Below, piece after piece: positions 28,992-38,047 of a DNA stretch of 64,000 nucleotides. Position 1 is the first letter of the stretch, and the number at the start of each line of letters is the position of its first letter. Under the pieces are notes generated by a model. That model made no database searches, had not been told where the DNA came from, and saw only the letters and a list, made by a program, of their open reading frames with translations. Both the position numbers and the translations under genes were made by a program. Where the stretch lies: IMG/VR virus record IMGVR_UViG_3300030098_006079; one strand, given 5' to 3'. The DNA comes from a virus. Lineage: Duplodnaviria > Caudoviricetes.

Positions 28992-29198
28992 TTACCAACT
29001 GCTCCCAACTCCAACATTACCGAAGCTATTAAATTCTGTTATTTCATTTACACTATAGAAGTCAAAATACGAATAATGATAACTATCTAATGATATAATA
29101 TCAAGAGGATCTGGCGCGACTACATTAGTGTTTGTTTGAGTACTGCTTGTTGCTGTATTATAATTAACTGGTCCGGTAAATGAAAACTGACCAGGCAT
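28992..29198 (-). CDS. Hypothetical protein
   Basis: Coupled ORF in minus-strand module. Confidence 0.55.
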   Translation of the reverse strand: MPGQFSFTGPVNYNTATSSTQTNTNVVAPDPLDIISLDSYHYSYFDFYSVNEITEFNSFGNVGVGSSW

Positions 29199-29444
29199 TT
29201 ATTCTTCCTTTTTTATTTTTATTGGTACATGTTGTTGAGTTGACCATGCGTGATGTAGACTATCATACGCTTCATCATAGTTCCATCGCGGACACTTAAA
29301 AGACATTGTTCTATGCTTAGGATAGTCTTCTTGCCATACCCATGTTCCTGAACACCCGCATAGAGTTATCACAATACAGCTATACAGTAAAGTAAAAACA
29401 AACCTACGAAAGGCGCTACGGCCACAATTAAATATTCTTTCCAT
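29199..29444 (-). CDS. Lipoprotein-like protein
   Basis: Lipobox TLCGC. Confidence 0.55.
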   Translation of the reverse strand: MERIFNCGRSAFRRFVFTLLYSCIVITLCGCSGTWVWQEDYPKHRTMSFKCPRWNYDEAYDSLHHAWSTQQHVPIKIKKEE

Positions 29445-29526
29445 TGTTTTTTAAAATCGTATCTACATATATTATAGACGCAAATTATATGCTCTTTAAA
29501 AGTTAGCTTCTTGAGTAATCGCGCCA

Positions 29527-29682
29527 TTACCTAACTCCTGACCCAACTCTTATTGGGAAGTATTGTTTTTTAACCTCTAAGTCACCTCTACCTTCGCAAG
29601 ATGAAACTGCTATTGCTATCATAAAAACTGTTAGCAATACCGTTATAAAAAATTCTTTTCTTTTTTGACTCATTCTACTCAT
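29527..29682 (-). CDS. Small lipoprotein-like protein
   Basis: MSRMSQKRKEFF..IAVSSC; start overlaps the cyclase stop. Confidence 0.5.
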   Translation of the reverse strand: MSRMSQKRKEFFITVLLTVFMIAIAVSSCEGRGDLEVKKQYFPIRVGSGVR

Positions 29683-31252
29683 CAGTTTTAAACTCCGCTT
29701 TTTTTGTTCCTCGCCAATGAGGAAATTCTCTTCTACCAAAATTGTTACCATATGCGGTCCACATATGAACAGTAGTTCCGTGTTTAACTATAACAGGTCC
29801 CCAATCATCAAACTGTAAGCCAGGTATATCCATTTCACATACATACTGGTGTACATCGTTTGATATTAATAAGTGATCATTATCCCCTGCATCCATACAA
29901 CGTTGAGCCATATTAATACCTGTACCGCTTACGTTAGGGTTATCATTTATATCTTTTACAGGGACTACTGGACCAGAATACAATCCATTCCTTAAACCAA
30001 TACTAGAATGTTTATAAGTCATACGCCCTACATCGACCATACACTTAAATGCAGCATTAACGCTATTAAAAAATACTAACGCCATACCATCTCCAGTAGG
30101 TAATATAATTAATTTACCTTGTCTGTCTGCTTGTTGATATCCTTGTGTACCTTTAACACAATCAATTAACTCATCTGTAACTTTCTTTTGCTCAGCTGTA
30201 GTCTTTTTAGAATAACCTACTATATCCATAAAGTAGGTATGAGCTCGACATGGAGAGTCGTATTGAATTCCTTCTCCTTTTAACTTAAATGGATCTTGTC
30301 CCCACTTCCATTTTATAACTCTTTGTTTCTTTTTATCTTCTTCTTCTTTTTGTATTTTCTCAGCTGCTTCTCTTCTTGCTTTAGCTTGTTCGCCTGCTAT
30401 TCTATTCTTTACAGCTTCTCTTTTCTCTTTTTTATCTTTTGATTCAAATAGTTTACCTAACAGCGTATCAGGTTCTTGTAATGCTTTTCTATCTTCATCT
30501 TGTTCTCTACGTTCTTTTCTTATGCGATCTAAAGCTTCGTCGGCAGCTTTATTATCAAAAACTTGATTATTGACTCTTGGTTTGTATTTAGGATTATCCC
30601 TACTAGGGTGTTTACATGCTCCTCTTTTAACTAAGTAGTCAAGCATTACATTACTATTATTAGCATTAGCTATTTCCCAGGCATTATAATGGAATTGATC
30701 ATTAGGATTGTAAGTTGATCCGTTTATGTTCGCTTTAGCATCTAATAAAATTTTAACTATATTAATATTGTTAATATCTACTGCGTAGTGTAAGGCCATC
30801 CACCCTCTATGGTCTCTTGCATTAATTTTTAAACTATCATCTTCTAATAGACCTTCTATTTCATCTATATCTTCTAACTGTACGCATTGATGTAAAGTAA
30901 GTTCTTTATTATAAAACATACCCCCTGCGTCTCTTAATGAACCTACAATTTTATGACGATTAGGTCCATCAGCTACATCCATAGCGGTAACTATAGGACA
31001 TTCTTTGTCCTCCATTATCGCTAAGTTCCAACTACTCTGTCTAACACTTACTGGTTTACTTGGAGTGTTTGGATCTACTCCAGCTTCAAGAATAACGCTT
31101 ACTATTTTTACTTTACTTTTATTAGACGCGTAGTGAAGTGGAGTCCATCCGTTATCTTCATCTGTAGAATAAAATAAATTAGGAGTTTCTAAAGCCCTTT
31201 TTATACATCTTAAGTTCCCCGTCGCAGCTAATTGATGCAAACTCTCATCCAT
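29675..31252 (-). CDS. Ankyrin-repeat / coiled-coil / class III nucleotide cyclase fusion
   Basis: GWTPLHYA and GWMALHYAV ankyrin repeats; FMDIVGYS, PTGDGMALVF, GLYSGPV, GINMAQR cyclase motifs. Confidence 0.9.
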   Translation of the reverse strand: MDESLHQLAATGNLRCIKRALETPNLFYSTDEDNGWTPLHYASNKSKVKIVSVILEAGVDPNTPSKPVSVRQSSWNLAIMEDKECPIVTAMDVADGPNRHKIVGSLRDAGGMFYNKELTLHQCVQLEDIDEIEGLLEDDSLKINARDHRGWMALHYAVDINNINIVKILLDAKANINGSTYNPNDQFHYNAWEIANANNSNVMLDYLVKRGACKHPSRDNPKYKPRVNNQVFDNKAADEALDRIRKERREQDEDRKALQEPDTLLGKLFESKDKKEKREAVKNRIAGEQAKARREAAEKIQKEEEDKKKQRVIKWKWGQDPFKLKGEGIQYDSPCRAHTYFMDIVGYSKKTTAEQKKVTDELIDCVKGTQGYQQADRQGKLIILPTGDGMALVFFNSVNAAFKCMVDVGRMTYKHSSIGLRNGLYSGPVVPVKDINDNPNVSGTGINMAQRCMDAGDNDHLLISNDVHQYVCEMDIPGLQFDDWGPVIVKHGTTVHMWTAYGNNFGRREFPHWRGTKKAEFKTDE

Positions 31253-31260
31253 ATAATTAT

Positions 31261-31545
31261 TTATTCAGCATAGTAGAAGGGAATACTAGCCGAAGCGTGA
31301 CATTCATAACACCTATCATAAGTTTTTACCAATAATTGTATATCATCTGCATGAATATTAACTGAATTATATTCAGGCATAGCCTTTAGTATGTCAACTT
31401 GTCTTTTATATGTTTGACAGGCAGCTATTTGAGCTCTTCTCTTAGCGTTACTGTAGGATTGAACGGCGAGAGCTGTCAATAGCGCTATAATTGTTATAGT
31501 GAGTAATAATTCTAGTAGAGTATATCCTTTATTCCCATGCGTCAT
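31261..31545 (-). CDS. Short type IV prepilin-like protein with C-terminal CxxCH
   Basis: G/YTLLELLLTITIIALL N-methylation motif; RCYECH at 31297-31311. Confidence 0.8.
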   Translation of the reverse strand: MTHGNKGYTLLELLLTITIIALLTALAVQSYSNAKRRAQIAACQTYKRQVDILKAMPEYNSVNIHADDIQLLVKTYDRCYECHASASIPFYYAE

Positions 31546-32509
31546 CCCAATACCATCCCCATGAGTCGAAAGTTTTTCCTGATATATCTCTTAAATTCCA
31601 CTCTCTTACATATCGTCCAATACCTCCACCCATCCAACCTTTCCATGGATGATTGTTAGGATAAGGGACAATAGCTCTTTCTTGTAACCACTGCAAATCT
31701 CTATTACCCGGGCTTACTACTTGTTCTAGACTAGTGTTAGGGTTCTTTACATGTTCTGGTATGTTTTTAGTGAGCTCTTCTAACCATCTTCTAAACTCAA
31801 CATGCCCATCAGTAAATGATACCACTGATCCATTTATATGATATATACCAGGCCAATCCATAGAAAATATAGACTCCTTATCTTTTAGTACAGGAACTAC
31901 TCTAAAGTTACCTGCGTTAATTGATTCTGCTGGCATCTCAATAAATGTAAACATGTTACTCGGGTCAGTTATATCTGCATATTTGTGATGTACTTTATAT
32001 TGATTGTCATATAAAAAAGGCCATCCTGACCATCCACCTACAAATATATTCATACTGTATGATCTTGCTCGTTGTACAGTAGTAACTTTATTTGTACCAG
32101 AAGAGGGAGGAGGGACCATTCCCCATCTTCCACCATCCCAAGTTACAGTAGACTTATCTTGAGGACAACGATAGATACCTTTACCGGCATACTGGAACAA
32201 AGGAGACCAAATTAAAGACCTTTCCGTTTGAGCCCATTTGCTCCACTTACTACCACCTGACATACTATCAGCTACCCAGGCTCTTGGTGCAGTAGGTTCG
32301 TTGTGCCAAGCAGATGCGTATGCTATTTTATCATCAGAGTCTAATGCTAGCTGACTCATAGCATAGTTTAGTTGCTTATGATTAGAAATACAAAGAGCTT
32401 TAGATGCAGACTGCTTTGACTTAGATAAAGCAGGTAATAATAAGGCAGCAAGTATAGCTATTATAGCTATTACTACAAGTAGTTCTATTAAAGAAAAGGC
32501 TTTTTTCAT
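31529..32509 (-). CDS. Prepilin-type cleavage/methylation protein, DUF1559-like with H-X9-DG C-terminus
   Basis: AFSLIELLVVIAIIAILAALLLPAL, CISNHKQL, YRCPQD, SYSMN, H-INGSVVSFT-DG-H. Confidence 0.92.
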   Translation of the reverse strand: MKKAFSLIELLVVIAIIAILAALLLPALSKSKQSASKALCISNHKQLNYAMSQLALDSDDKIAYASAWHNEPTAPRAWVADSMSGGSKWSKWAQTERSLIWSPLFQYAGKGIYRCPQDKSTVTWDGGRWGMVPPPSSGTNKVTTVQRARSYSMNIFVGGWSGWPFLYDNQYKVHHKYADITDPSNMFTFIEMPAESINAGNFRVVPVLKDKESIFSMDWPGIYHINGSVVSFTDGHVEFRRWLEELTKNIPEHVKNPNTSLEQVVSPGNRDLQWLQERAIVPYPNNHPWKGWMGGGIGRYVREWNLRDISGKTFDSWGWYWDDAWE

Positions 32510-32534
32510 CTCTTTAACTATTTAGAGTTAAATA

Positions 32535-32765
32535 TTACTTACTCAAATAAGATGATAATAAAGAAGTTGCGAAACCAATCACAGAAGCTCCTATAGCACC
32601 ATACATAATTATTTTAGTACTTAGTGTAGCTAATTGCACTTCTATTTTCTTTTGGTTCTTTTGAAGCTCTTCGATATCTGAGTTTAGACGACTTAACTCA
32701 CTGAGTACCAAACGTCTCCACTCAGCCCAGGAACCGTTCTCTAATTTATTTGGATCATTACTCAT
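32535..32765 (-). CDS. Small coiled-coil + C-terminal TM protein (holin/XhlA-like)
   Basis: Heptad region followed by IIMYGAIGASVIGFATSLL. Confidence 0.55.
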   Translation of the reverse strand: MSNDPNKLENGSWAEWRRLVLSELSRLNSDIEELQKNQKKIEVQLATLSTKIIMYGAIGASVIGFATSLLSSYLSK

Positions 32766-33099
32766 GCGGGACAAGGGTTACTTTTTTATGTATTAATTTG
32801 CCATTTCTGTTTAGATCTCTTATCTTTACTGTGTGAGTGGCACCATTGATATCTACTGTGACTGTCTTTCTAGACCATTTTGAAATATCTACACCAATAA
32901 TACTTTTTAGACCCTTGTTGTGGATTTCTGTACTATCCACTTCAAATGACTGTTGAAAGAATTCATTGCACCATTTAATTCTGCCTGCTTCGGATACCAG
33001 CACGATGGAATAATCCGCTTCAGTAACATAATTAATAAAGTCGTTTTCATGCAGCTCTAGCTGATGTGTCAACTTTTCTAATTTCTTCAAATTAGTCAC
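32758..33099 (-). CDS. Stand-alone PAS-fold protein
   Basis: SIVLVSEAGRIKWCNEFFQQSFEVDSTEIHNK fits the PAS signature; ATAAATA upstream on - strand. Confidence 0.6.
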   Translation of the reverse strand: MTNLKKLEKLTHQLELHENDFINYVTEADYSIVLVSEAGRIKWCNEFFQQSFEVDSTEIHNKGLKSIIGVDISKWSRKTVTVDINGATHTVKIRDLNRNGKLIHKKVTLVPHE

Positions 33100-33133
33100 T
33101 TGTAATTATTTATGGAAAAGCTACAATAAAAGT

Positions 33134-33895
33134 ATGAAATTTGATAAGCCAAGAATTTTGGTCATTGGTGATAAGTGCGCTGATCAGTACGTTTATGGTA
33201 ATGTGACGCGTCTTTGCCCGGATGTTCCTGCGCCTGTCTTCAAACCTGTTAAGACTGTCCAGACAGATGGTATGGCTGGAAACGTAGCCCGACAGTTAAG
33301 AGAGTGGGACTGTTATGTTGATACTAAGTTTAACGAGGAATTTATTTGTAAGAGAAAATACATCGATGAGAAGACTAATCATACTATCATTAGAGTAGAT
33401 ACTGAAAAACCTGTTAGTCGGATACAATCTGATAATTTAAATGAATTATTACATAATGCTAACGAAAAATGGGATGGTATTATTGTATCAGATTATGGTA
33501 AAGGATTCTTACATCAACAAGATATTAGAAAGATTTGTGAGGCACACCCATTAGTGTTTGTTGATACTAAAAAGACTTTAGATCATAATTTTAAGTCATG
33601 TGCTTTTATTAAGATAAACGAACCCGAATGGAACGCTACAAAAGATAATGTATCATCTGAAGTAAAAAATAAAGTTATTGTGACGCTAGGGGGTAAAGGT
33701 TGTATGTATAATGGTAAGACATATCCTGTTAACCCTGTAGACGTTTTCGACTTATCTGGAGCTGGTGATACCTTTATGTGCGGATTAGTCACATCTTATA
33801 TTCACGAACAAGATATTGATACAGCTTTATTTTGCGCTAATGATTGCGCTGTTCGTGTAGTCCAGAAAAAAGGTGTTGCAACAATCGAGATTTGA
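33134..33895 (+). CDS. rfaE: PfkB-family kinase, RfaE/HldE heptose-7-P kinase domain
   Basis: ILVIGD..YVYG..R, GMAGNVA, VSDYGKG, FVDTK, DLSGAGDTF. Confidence 0.85.
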   Translation: MKFDKPRILVIGDKCADQYVYGNVTRLCPDVPAPVFKPVKTVQTDGMAGNVARQLREWDCYVDTKFNEEFICKRKYIDEKTNHTIIRVDTEKPVSRIQSDNLNELLHNANEKWDGIIVSDYGKGFLHQQDIRKICEAHPLVFVDTKKTLDHNFKSCAFIKINEPEWNATKDNVSSEVKNKVIVTLGGKGCMYNGKTYPVNPVDVFDLSGAGDTFMCGLVTSYIHEQDIDTALFCANDCAVRVVQKKGVATIEI

Positions 33896-33909
33896 TATAT
33901 AATAATGAT

Positions 33910-34161
33910 ATGGGTTATCAAGACTTAAAACTACTCAAGCGGCCTAAAGGTACAACTCATGCACGGATTGTAACTGATCAAGGTAAGAAAGCTAAATGTC
34001 CTATCAAAGACTTCGAAGTATTTGAAGGTGTTGAAGGTGAAGTAACATTCTTAAAAGAAGAACGTAAAGGTAGTGTACGAAAATATAAAGAATTAGGTAA
34101 GATGCATTTTGATGGCGTATGGCCCATTAGGGTCGATGAAGAGGAAACTGTAGGAAATTGA
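33910..34161 (+). CDS. Hypothetical protein
   Basis: ORF with ATG at 33910. Confidence 0.55.
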   Translation: MGYQDLKLLKRPKGTTHARIVTDQGKKAKCPIKDFEVFEGVEGEVTFLKEERKGSVRKYKELGKMHFDGVWPIRVDEEETVGN

Positions 34162-34180
34162 ATAAATTATAATAAATATT

Positions 34181-34543
34181 ATGAGTATGAAGAAAATCAT
34201 ATTGACAGTAGCCTTAATCGGCTTAATGAGTAGTCCAGTCCAAGCGGGCTGGTTCGGTGCGAAGTTCGGAGAAACATCTAGTGTTACTCTTTTCGGTCAA
34301 ACACTTCAAGTGTCTGTTCCAAGTGTAACATTGGGGAGCGCAGCTGGTACGAAAGTATCTGCATCAGCAGATTCTGGTAGTGCTAGTGTTTCACTTCCGT
34401 TCATCAAAATAGGAGCTAAAACTCCTAAACTGACTGTAGGAGTACCTGGTACCCAAAAGGTATCTGTTTCTACAGAAGGTATCAAAACAGTAGGAGCTAA
34501 AAAGGCGGGTCCAGCTAAGAAGAAAGCTGGTAAAAAGAAGTAA
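34181..34543 (+). CDS. Exported beta-rich protein with basic tail
   Basis: Signal peptide ending VQA; ATAAATA upstream. Confidence 0.65.
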   Translation: MSMKKIILTVALIGLMSSPVQAGWFGAKFGETSSVTLFGQTLQVSVPSVTLGSAAGTKVSASADSGSASVSLPFIKIGAKTPKLTVGVPGTQKVSVSTEGIKTVGAKKAGPAKKKAGKKK

Positions 34544-34569
34544 GCTTCTATCTTAAAAATGGGGATTGA

Positions 34570-34600
34570 AGAGTCAGTCTTTCGAGGCTGGCTCTTTTTT
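34570..34600 (+). terminator. Rho-independent terminator
   Basis: agagtcagtct-TTCG-aggctggctct plus T tract. Confidence 0.85.
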
Positions 34601-34650
34601 CTCTAAAATAAAAGGTTGAAATTTAAATTTCGTATGCTATAAATAATGTT

Positions 34651-34884
34651 ATGAAAGCATTCTTAAATTATGAGTACATGATTACTCCTGGTGTTCTTAA
34701 GATTCTATCTTATATCGGAATGGTGTTAGCAATTATTGCTGGCTTGTTTACCGCGTTCACAGCTGACTTATGGACTGGACTCGGTACAGCAGTACTTGGA
34801 CCAATCATTGTACGTATCTACGCTGAGCTGATGCTCATCATCTTTGAACTACATAAAGAGTTAAAGAAGATATCATCTAAGTAG
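34651..34884 (+). CDS. DUF4282 membrane protein
   Basis: FLNYEYMITP..IIVRIYAEL..IFEL. Confidence 0.8.
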   Translation: MKAFLNYEYMITPGVLKILSYIGMVLAIIAGLFTAFTADLWTGLGTAVLGPIIVRIYAELMLIIFELHKELKKISSK

Positions 34885-35254
34885 ATAACAAATATATAAT
34901 CTGTTGAAGATTATCTAGAGAGACCCTGTCAAATATAAGGCAGGGTCTCTTCATTATCTCATCTCCGATTCTTAGTCCATATACTTCTTCCTCGACTTCG
35001 ACTAGATCAGTTATAAAGTCAGTTAGATACAATTGCTTTATCCATTTGTAATAGATGTCCTTATTGTGTTTGTGCGTTTCTAAAAGGAACTCAGCGTCTT
35101 TCTTAACAAAAGTAGATATGTACAAACAAACTGATCGAATAGCGAGAGGCTCAGAAGGTGGACACACAATCCCTTCTCTGAATATTATTGGCTTAGTGCT
35201 TGCCATCCCTCTGGAAATATTTATAATCTTTGGTATGGGAATGATAGATAACAT
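34877..35254 (-). CDS. Hypothetical protein (true start probably near 35120)
   Basis: 3' half looks protein-like; 5' half overlaps a + strand promoter. Confidence 0.35.
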   Translation of the reverse strand: MLSIIPIPKIINISRGMASTKPIIFREGIVCPPSEPLAIRSVCLYISTFVKKDAEFLLETHKHNKDIYYKWIKQLYLTDFITDLVEVEEEVYGLRIGDEIMKRPCLIFDRVSLDNLQQIIYLLST

Positions 35255-35426
35255 TCGATCAGCTAAAGACGTAAAGAGCGCTCAAGAGTTCTTAGATGCA
35301 TTAAAAGGCTACGGACAAGCTTCTGAGAAGACATTGCGCCGAGCTCAAAGAGCTCTTTCTTCAAAGGAACAGGAACTTAACGCTCCGAAGAAAGAGAAGA
35401 AATCAAAGAAGACGAAGAAGAAATAG
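35235..35426 (+). CDS. Small basic early protein
   Basis: TTGCCA-16-TATAAT 7 nt before ATG. Confidence 0.6.
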   Translation: MGMIDNIRSAKDVKSAQEFLDALKGYGQASEKTLRRAQRALSSKEQELNAPKKEKKSKKTKKK

Positions 35427-35535
35427 TTTCTTCTTCACGACAATTGTCACACAATAGTTTGAGTGTGTGGTTAATATTCGTCCATGTTAGCTCTTGTTCT
35501 TTGTATCTTTGCTTACAATTTTCACACTCACACAT
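35377..35535 (-). CDS. Zinc-ribbon-like peptide (52 aa, below ORF-track cutoff)
   Basis: MCECENCKQRYKEQ..LLCDNCREEE; CxxC..CxxC. Confidence 0.5.
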   Translation of the reverse strand: MCECENCKQRYKEQELTWTNINHTLKLLCDNCREEETISSSSSLISSLSSER

Positions 35536-35545
35536 ATAAATACTT

Positions 35546-36163
35546 ATGAACATGCAGTCATTTAAAAAGTTCTTCGAAGATCAGGAAACAGCGTTAGTTC
35601 CTTCTGCTGGTGAACCTCTCTCTTCTTTCTTACAGAAGCTTGAAGGGTCAACTATCAAACAAATACTCGACAAGACTTCTTTCCTTAATTTGTATTTCAT
35701 GAACAAGCATGGCCTTGGAGGAGCAGCTCAAGGTTCTGATAAAGCTATACAAGACTTCTCTGAAGATTTAACTCGATTTGTCAACAGAGATGAAAAGGGT
35801 AGAGGACCTAGTTCGTTTAGACCTAGAGTGTATGAGACAGATGAGTTCAAAGCTAAGCATAATTACGATGAGTATAAAGAGTTAGATAGACAATATCGAC
35901 AAGCATTTAAGAAAGTGTTTATGGCTCGTCGAGAGGATGATAAGAAAGCGCTTGCTGCTGCTGAGAAAGAAAAAGAACAATTCTCTGCTGCAATGGCAAA
36001 TTCAGAGTTCGGTAAAGCTGAAAAGGCTGCTCGTAATGCAGAAGATGAGTATGTAGAAACTTTACACAATACTCCATTAAGTTCCGAACAACTATCTGAT
36101 GATGGTAGTGAAGAATATAAAGAGCTAGAACAATCTTACAATAGAGTACTTGAGTACTTATAA
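35546..36163 (+). CDS. Late hypothetical helical protein
   Basis: TATAAATA directly upstream; M.SFKKFFE start typical of T4-like late small proteins. Confidence 0.7.
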   Translation: MNMQSFKKFFEDQETALVPSAGEPLSSFLQKLEGSTIKQILDKTSFLNLYFMNKHGLGGAAQGSDKAIQDFSEDLTRFVNRDEKGRGPSSFRPRVYETDEFKAKHNYDEYKELDRQYRQAFKKVFMARREDDKKALAAAEKEKEQFSAAMANSEFGKAEKAARNAEDEYVETLHNTPLSSEQLSDDGSEEYKELEQSYNRVLEYL

Positions 36164-36175
36164 TATAATAACAAC

Positions 36176-36358
36176 ATGAGTCCTGATACATTACCTAAGA
36201 GGATCTTTTTTTGCTTACTAATCATAATATTAGTATTTGGCGCGATGGGTTGTAGCACAACCAAGTATGAATGGTTACCAGAAGACCAACCACCGTTACA
36301 TATTCACGAAAAAGAAACTGGTGTAATAAAAGGTACAATTGTAAAGTTATCCTTTTAA
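36176..36358 (+). CDS. Small lipoprotein
   Basis: Lipobox AMGC. Confidence 0.6.
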   Translation: MSPDTLPKRIFFCLLIIILVFGAMGCSTTKYEWLPEDQPPLHIHEKETGVIKGTIVKLSF

Positions 36359-36359
36359 T

Positions 36360-36746
36360 ATGGATGTATTTGAACAAATAACTCATAAGTGGTTCATTAG
36401 ATGGTGGGCTACTATTTGTTTCTTTCTTGGTATAGGAGTAGTATTTGTTGCTCATTCAGCTCCTATGAAACCAATTGATGCTGACATGGAAGTAAAGATA
36501 CCTGGCTTAGTTTGCTCATCATGTGCAATTGGTATTAAAAACTATTTCAAAAAAGAAATCAATGTAAAAGATATTACATTTGATATTAAAAAAGAACTTG
36601 CGCTCATTGACTTTGTAGAGTCGAATGGGATAGTTCAGTTCCTGAGAAATAGCAAAGTTGTTGAGCTAGTAAAAAAAGCTGGCTATGAGGTGAAAAGTAT
36701 CAAAAGACTTGACAAAAGTTCTCCAAATCGATACAATAAACCATAA
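36360..36746 (+). CDS. Exported heavy-metal-associated (HMA) domain protein
   Basis: TM/signal; IPGLVCSSCAIGI..KKAGY. Confidence 0.85.
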   Translation: MDVFEQITHKWFIRWWATICFFLGIGVVFVAHSAPMKPIDADMEVKIPGLVCSSCAIGIKNYFKKEINVKDITFDIKKELALIDFVESNGIVQFLRNSKVVELVKKAGYEVKSIKRLDKSSPNRYNKP

Positions 36747-36757
36747 ATAATTTTAGT

Positions 36758-37135
36758 ATGTCACACAAAACAGAACTTAGAAATTACTTATCAGCCGCTG
36801 GCGATGATGGTTTCGGTAGCCCGGGAAATAATAGTAACACACCATTCCGCGCTATTGAACAGGCTAAGTGGAAGCTAGAACAGACTGAGCAGGCGGCTCG
36901 CGACTTATTTAAATTTTTAGATGAGACATGTGAGATTGATGGTCTTGATGTTGCTCGTACAACAGCAGCTACTCAAGTCAAAAAGGTTACTGATTCATTA
37001 ACCGCAGCTAAATCTGCTGTTGCAGCTCTTTCATGGACTGATTTAGATGATCATTGGCCAACCGCAAAAGCAGCTGTCTCAGATTTAACTGATTACGTCG
37101 AACCAGAAGAATCTCCAGCAAGCCCTGCTGAGTAA
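36758..37135 (+). CDS. Hypothetical late protein
   Basis: ATAAATA upstream. Confidence 0.65.
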   Translation: MSHKTELRNYLSAAGDDGFGSPGNNSNTPFRAIEQAKWKLEQTEQAARDLFKFLDETCEIDGLDVARTTAATQVKKVTDSLTAAKSAVAALSWTDLDDHWPTAKAAVSDLTDYVEPEESPASPAE

Positions 37136-37139
37136 TTTT

Positions 37140-37328
37140 TTGAATAAAAAGTTTAATTTAAGAGAAAGCATACGGTCTCGTAATGAGAAACTGTATGCTT
37201 TCTCTATATTATTCCCTATTGCTTTTATACTTCACGAGCAACCTTCCGACTTCCCTTTAGATAAATACGCTTCTCCAATAACTGAAGAGCAAGAACACGA
37301 ATATCGCAAATCTTTATCGGTAAAGTAA
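37140..37328 (+). CDS. Hypothetical protein
   Basis: 62-aa ORF. Confidence 0.45.
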   Translation: MNKKFNLRESIRSRNEKLYAFSILFPIAFILHEQPSDFPLDKYASPITEEQEHEYRKSLSVK

Positions 37329-37372
37329 TCCTACCTTTACTGAGTAAAGATAAAAATATCCCGAGAAAGTAG

Positions 37373-37417
37373 TTGACGTTTAGCTTCGGATACGCTATAA
37401 TATTGGCGTTGTTAGAG
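37373..37417 (+). promoter_or_regulatory. Sigma70-like early promoter with conserved 16-nt element
   Basis: TTGACG-17-TATAAT-attggcgttgttagag-ATG. Confidence 0.85.
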
Positions 37418-37792
37418 ATGATAGCGAATGACTACAAAAACCTCGCGGCTGAGAGCACAAGCTCCAGATTTGCTTCAGTAAGTTCAGAAGAAGCTTTTAT
37501 GAAAGATCCAGTTGAAAAGAAAGGACTCCTTAAATGGGGTGATCGTAAATTCATCGAGCATAAGAATTTTGCTTACGGAGATGTGACAGTTTATTCTGTT
37601 CCTGTTAAAGGTAAAATTGACAAGGATAGGATTAGAAAAGCTCTTGATAAGAAGTTCCCTCGTCAATCTTCATATGGTAAATTGAGATGGTTTACTGGTC
37701 ATGCAGTTCTTAATGAAGGTGATATTGGATTTAAGAAAACCAATATAAAGAATACAGTTACTGTTGAGCAGCATTTCGGAATTGCAGACTAA
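37418..37792 (+). CDS. Hypothetical early protein
   Basis: ATG after conserved promoter element. Confidence 0.65.
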   Translation: MIANDYKNLAAESTSSRFASVSSEEAFMKDPVEKKGLLKWGDRKFIEHKNFAYGDVTVYSVPVKGKIDKDRIRKALDKKFPRQSSYGKLRWFTGHAVLNEGDIGFKKTNIKNTVTVEQHFGIAD

Positions 37793-37793
37793 T

Positions 37794-38045
37794 ATGAAAT
37801 TAGAATACGATAATACTCTCGACCGTCGCAGAGATCCAAGAGGTCCTCTTGCAAAGAAAAAAGTTTATGTGCATGGTATTGCTGAACCAGTTGAACTTAA
37901 GTTCGAAGAATGGGAAAAACTTCCTAGTGATATTAAATTAACTAGAGGTGAGTGCAATCAGCTTTATAATATTCTCACTTATAATCTAACCAGCCCTACA
38001 GCTAGCGTCAAGCAATTGATCGCTAAGCTCGAGAAGCAAATCTAA
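37794..38045 (+). CDS. Hypothetical protein
   Basis: Follows upstream stop directly. Confidence 0.6.
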   Translation: MKLEYDNTLDRRRDPRGPLAKKKVYVHGIAEPVELKFEEWEKLPSDIKLTRGECNQLYNILTYNLTSPTASVKQLIAKLEKQI

Positions 38046-38047
38046 GC

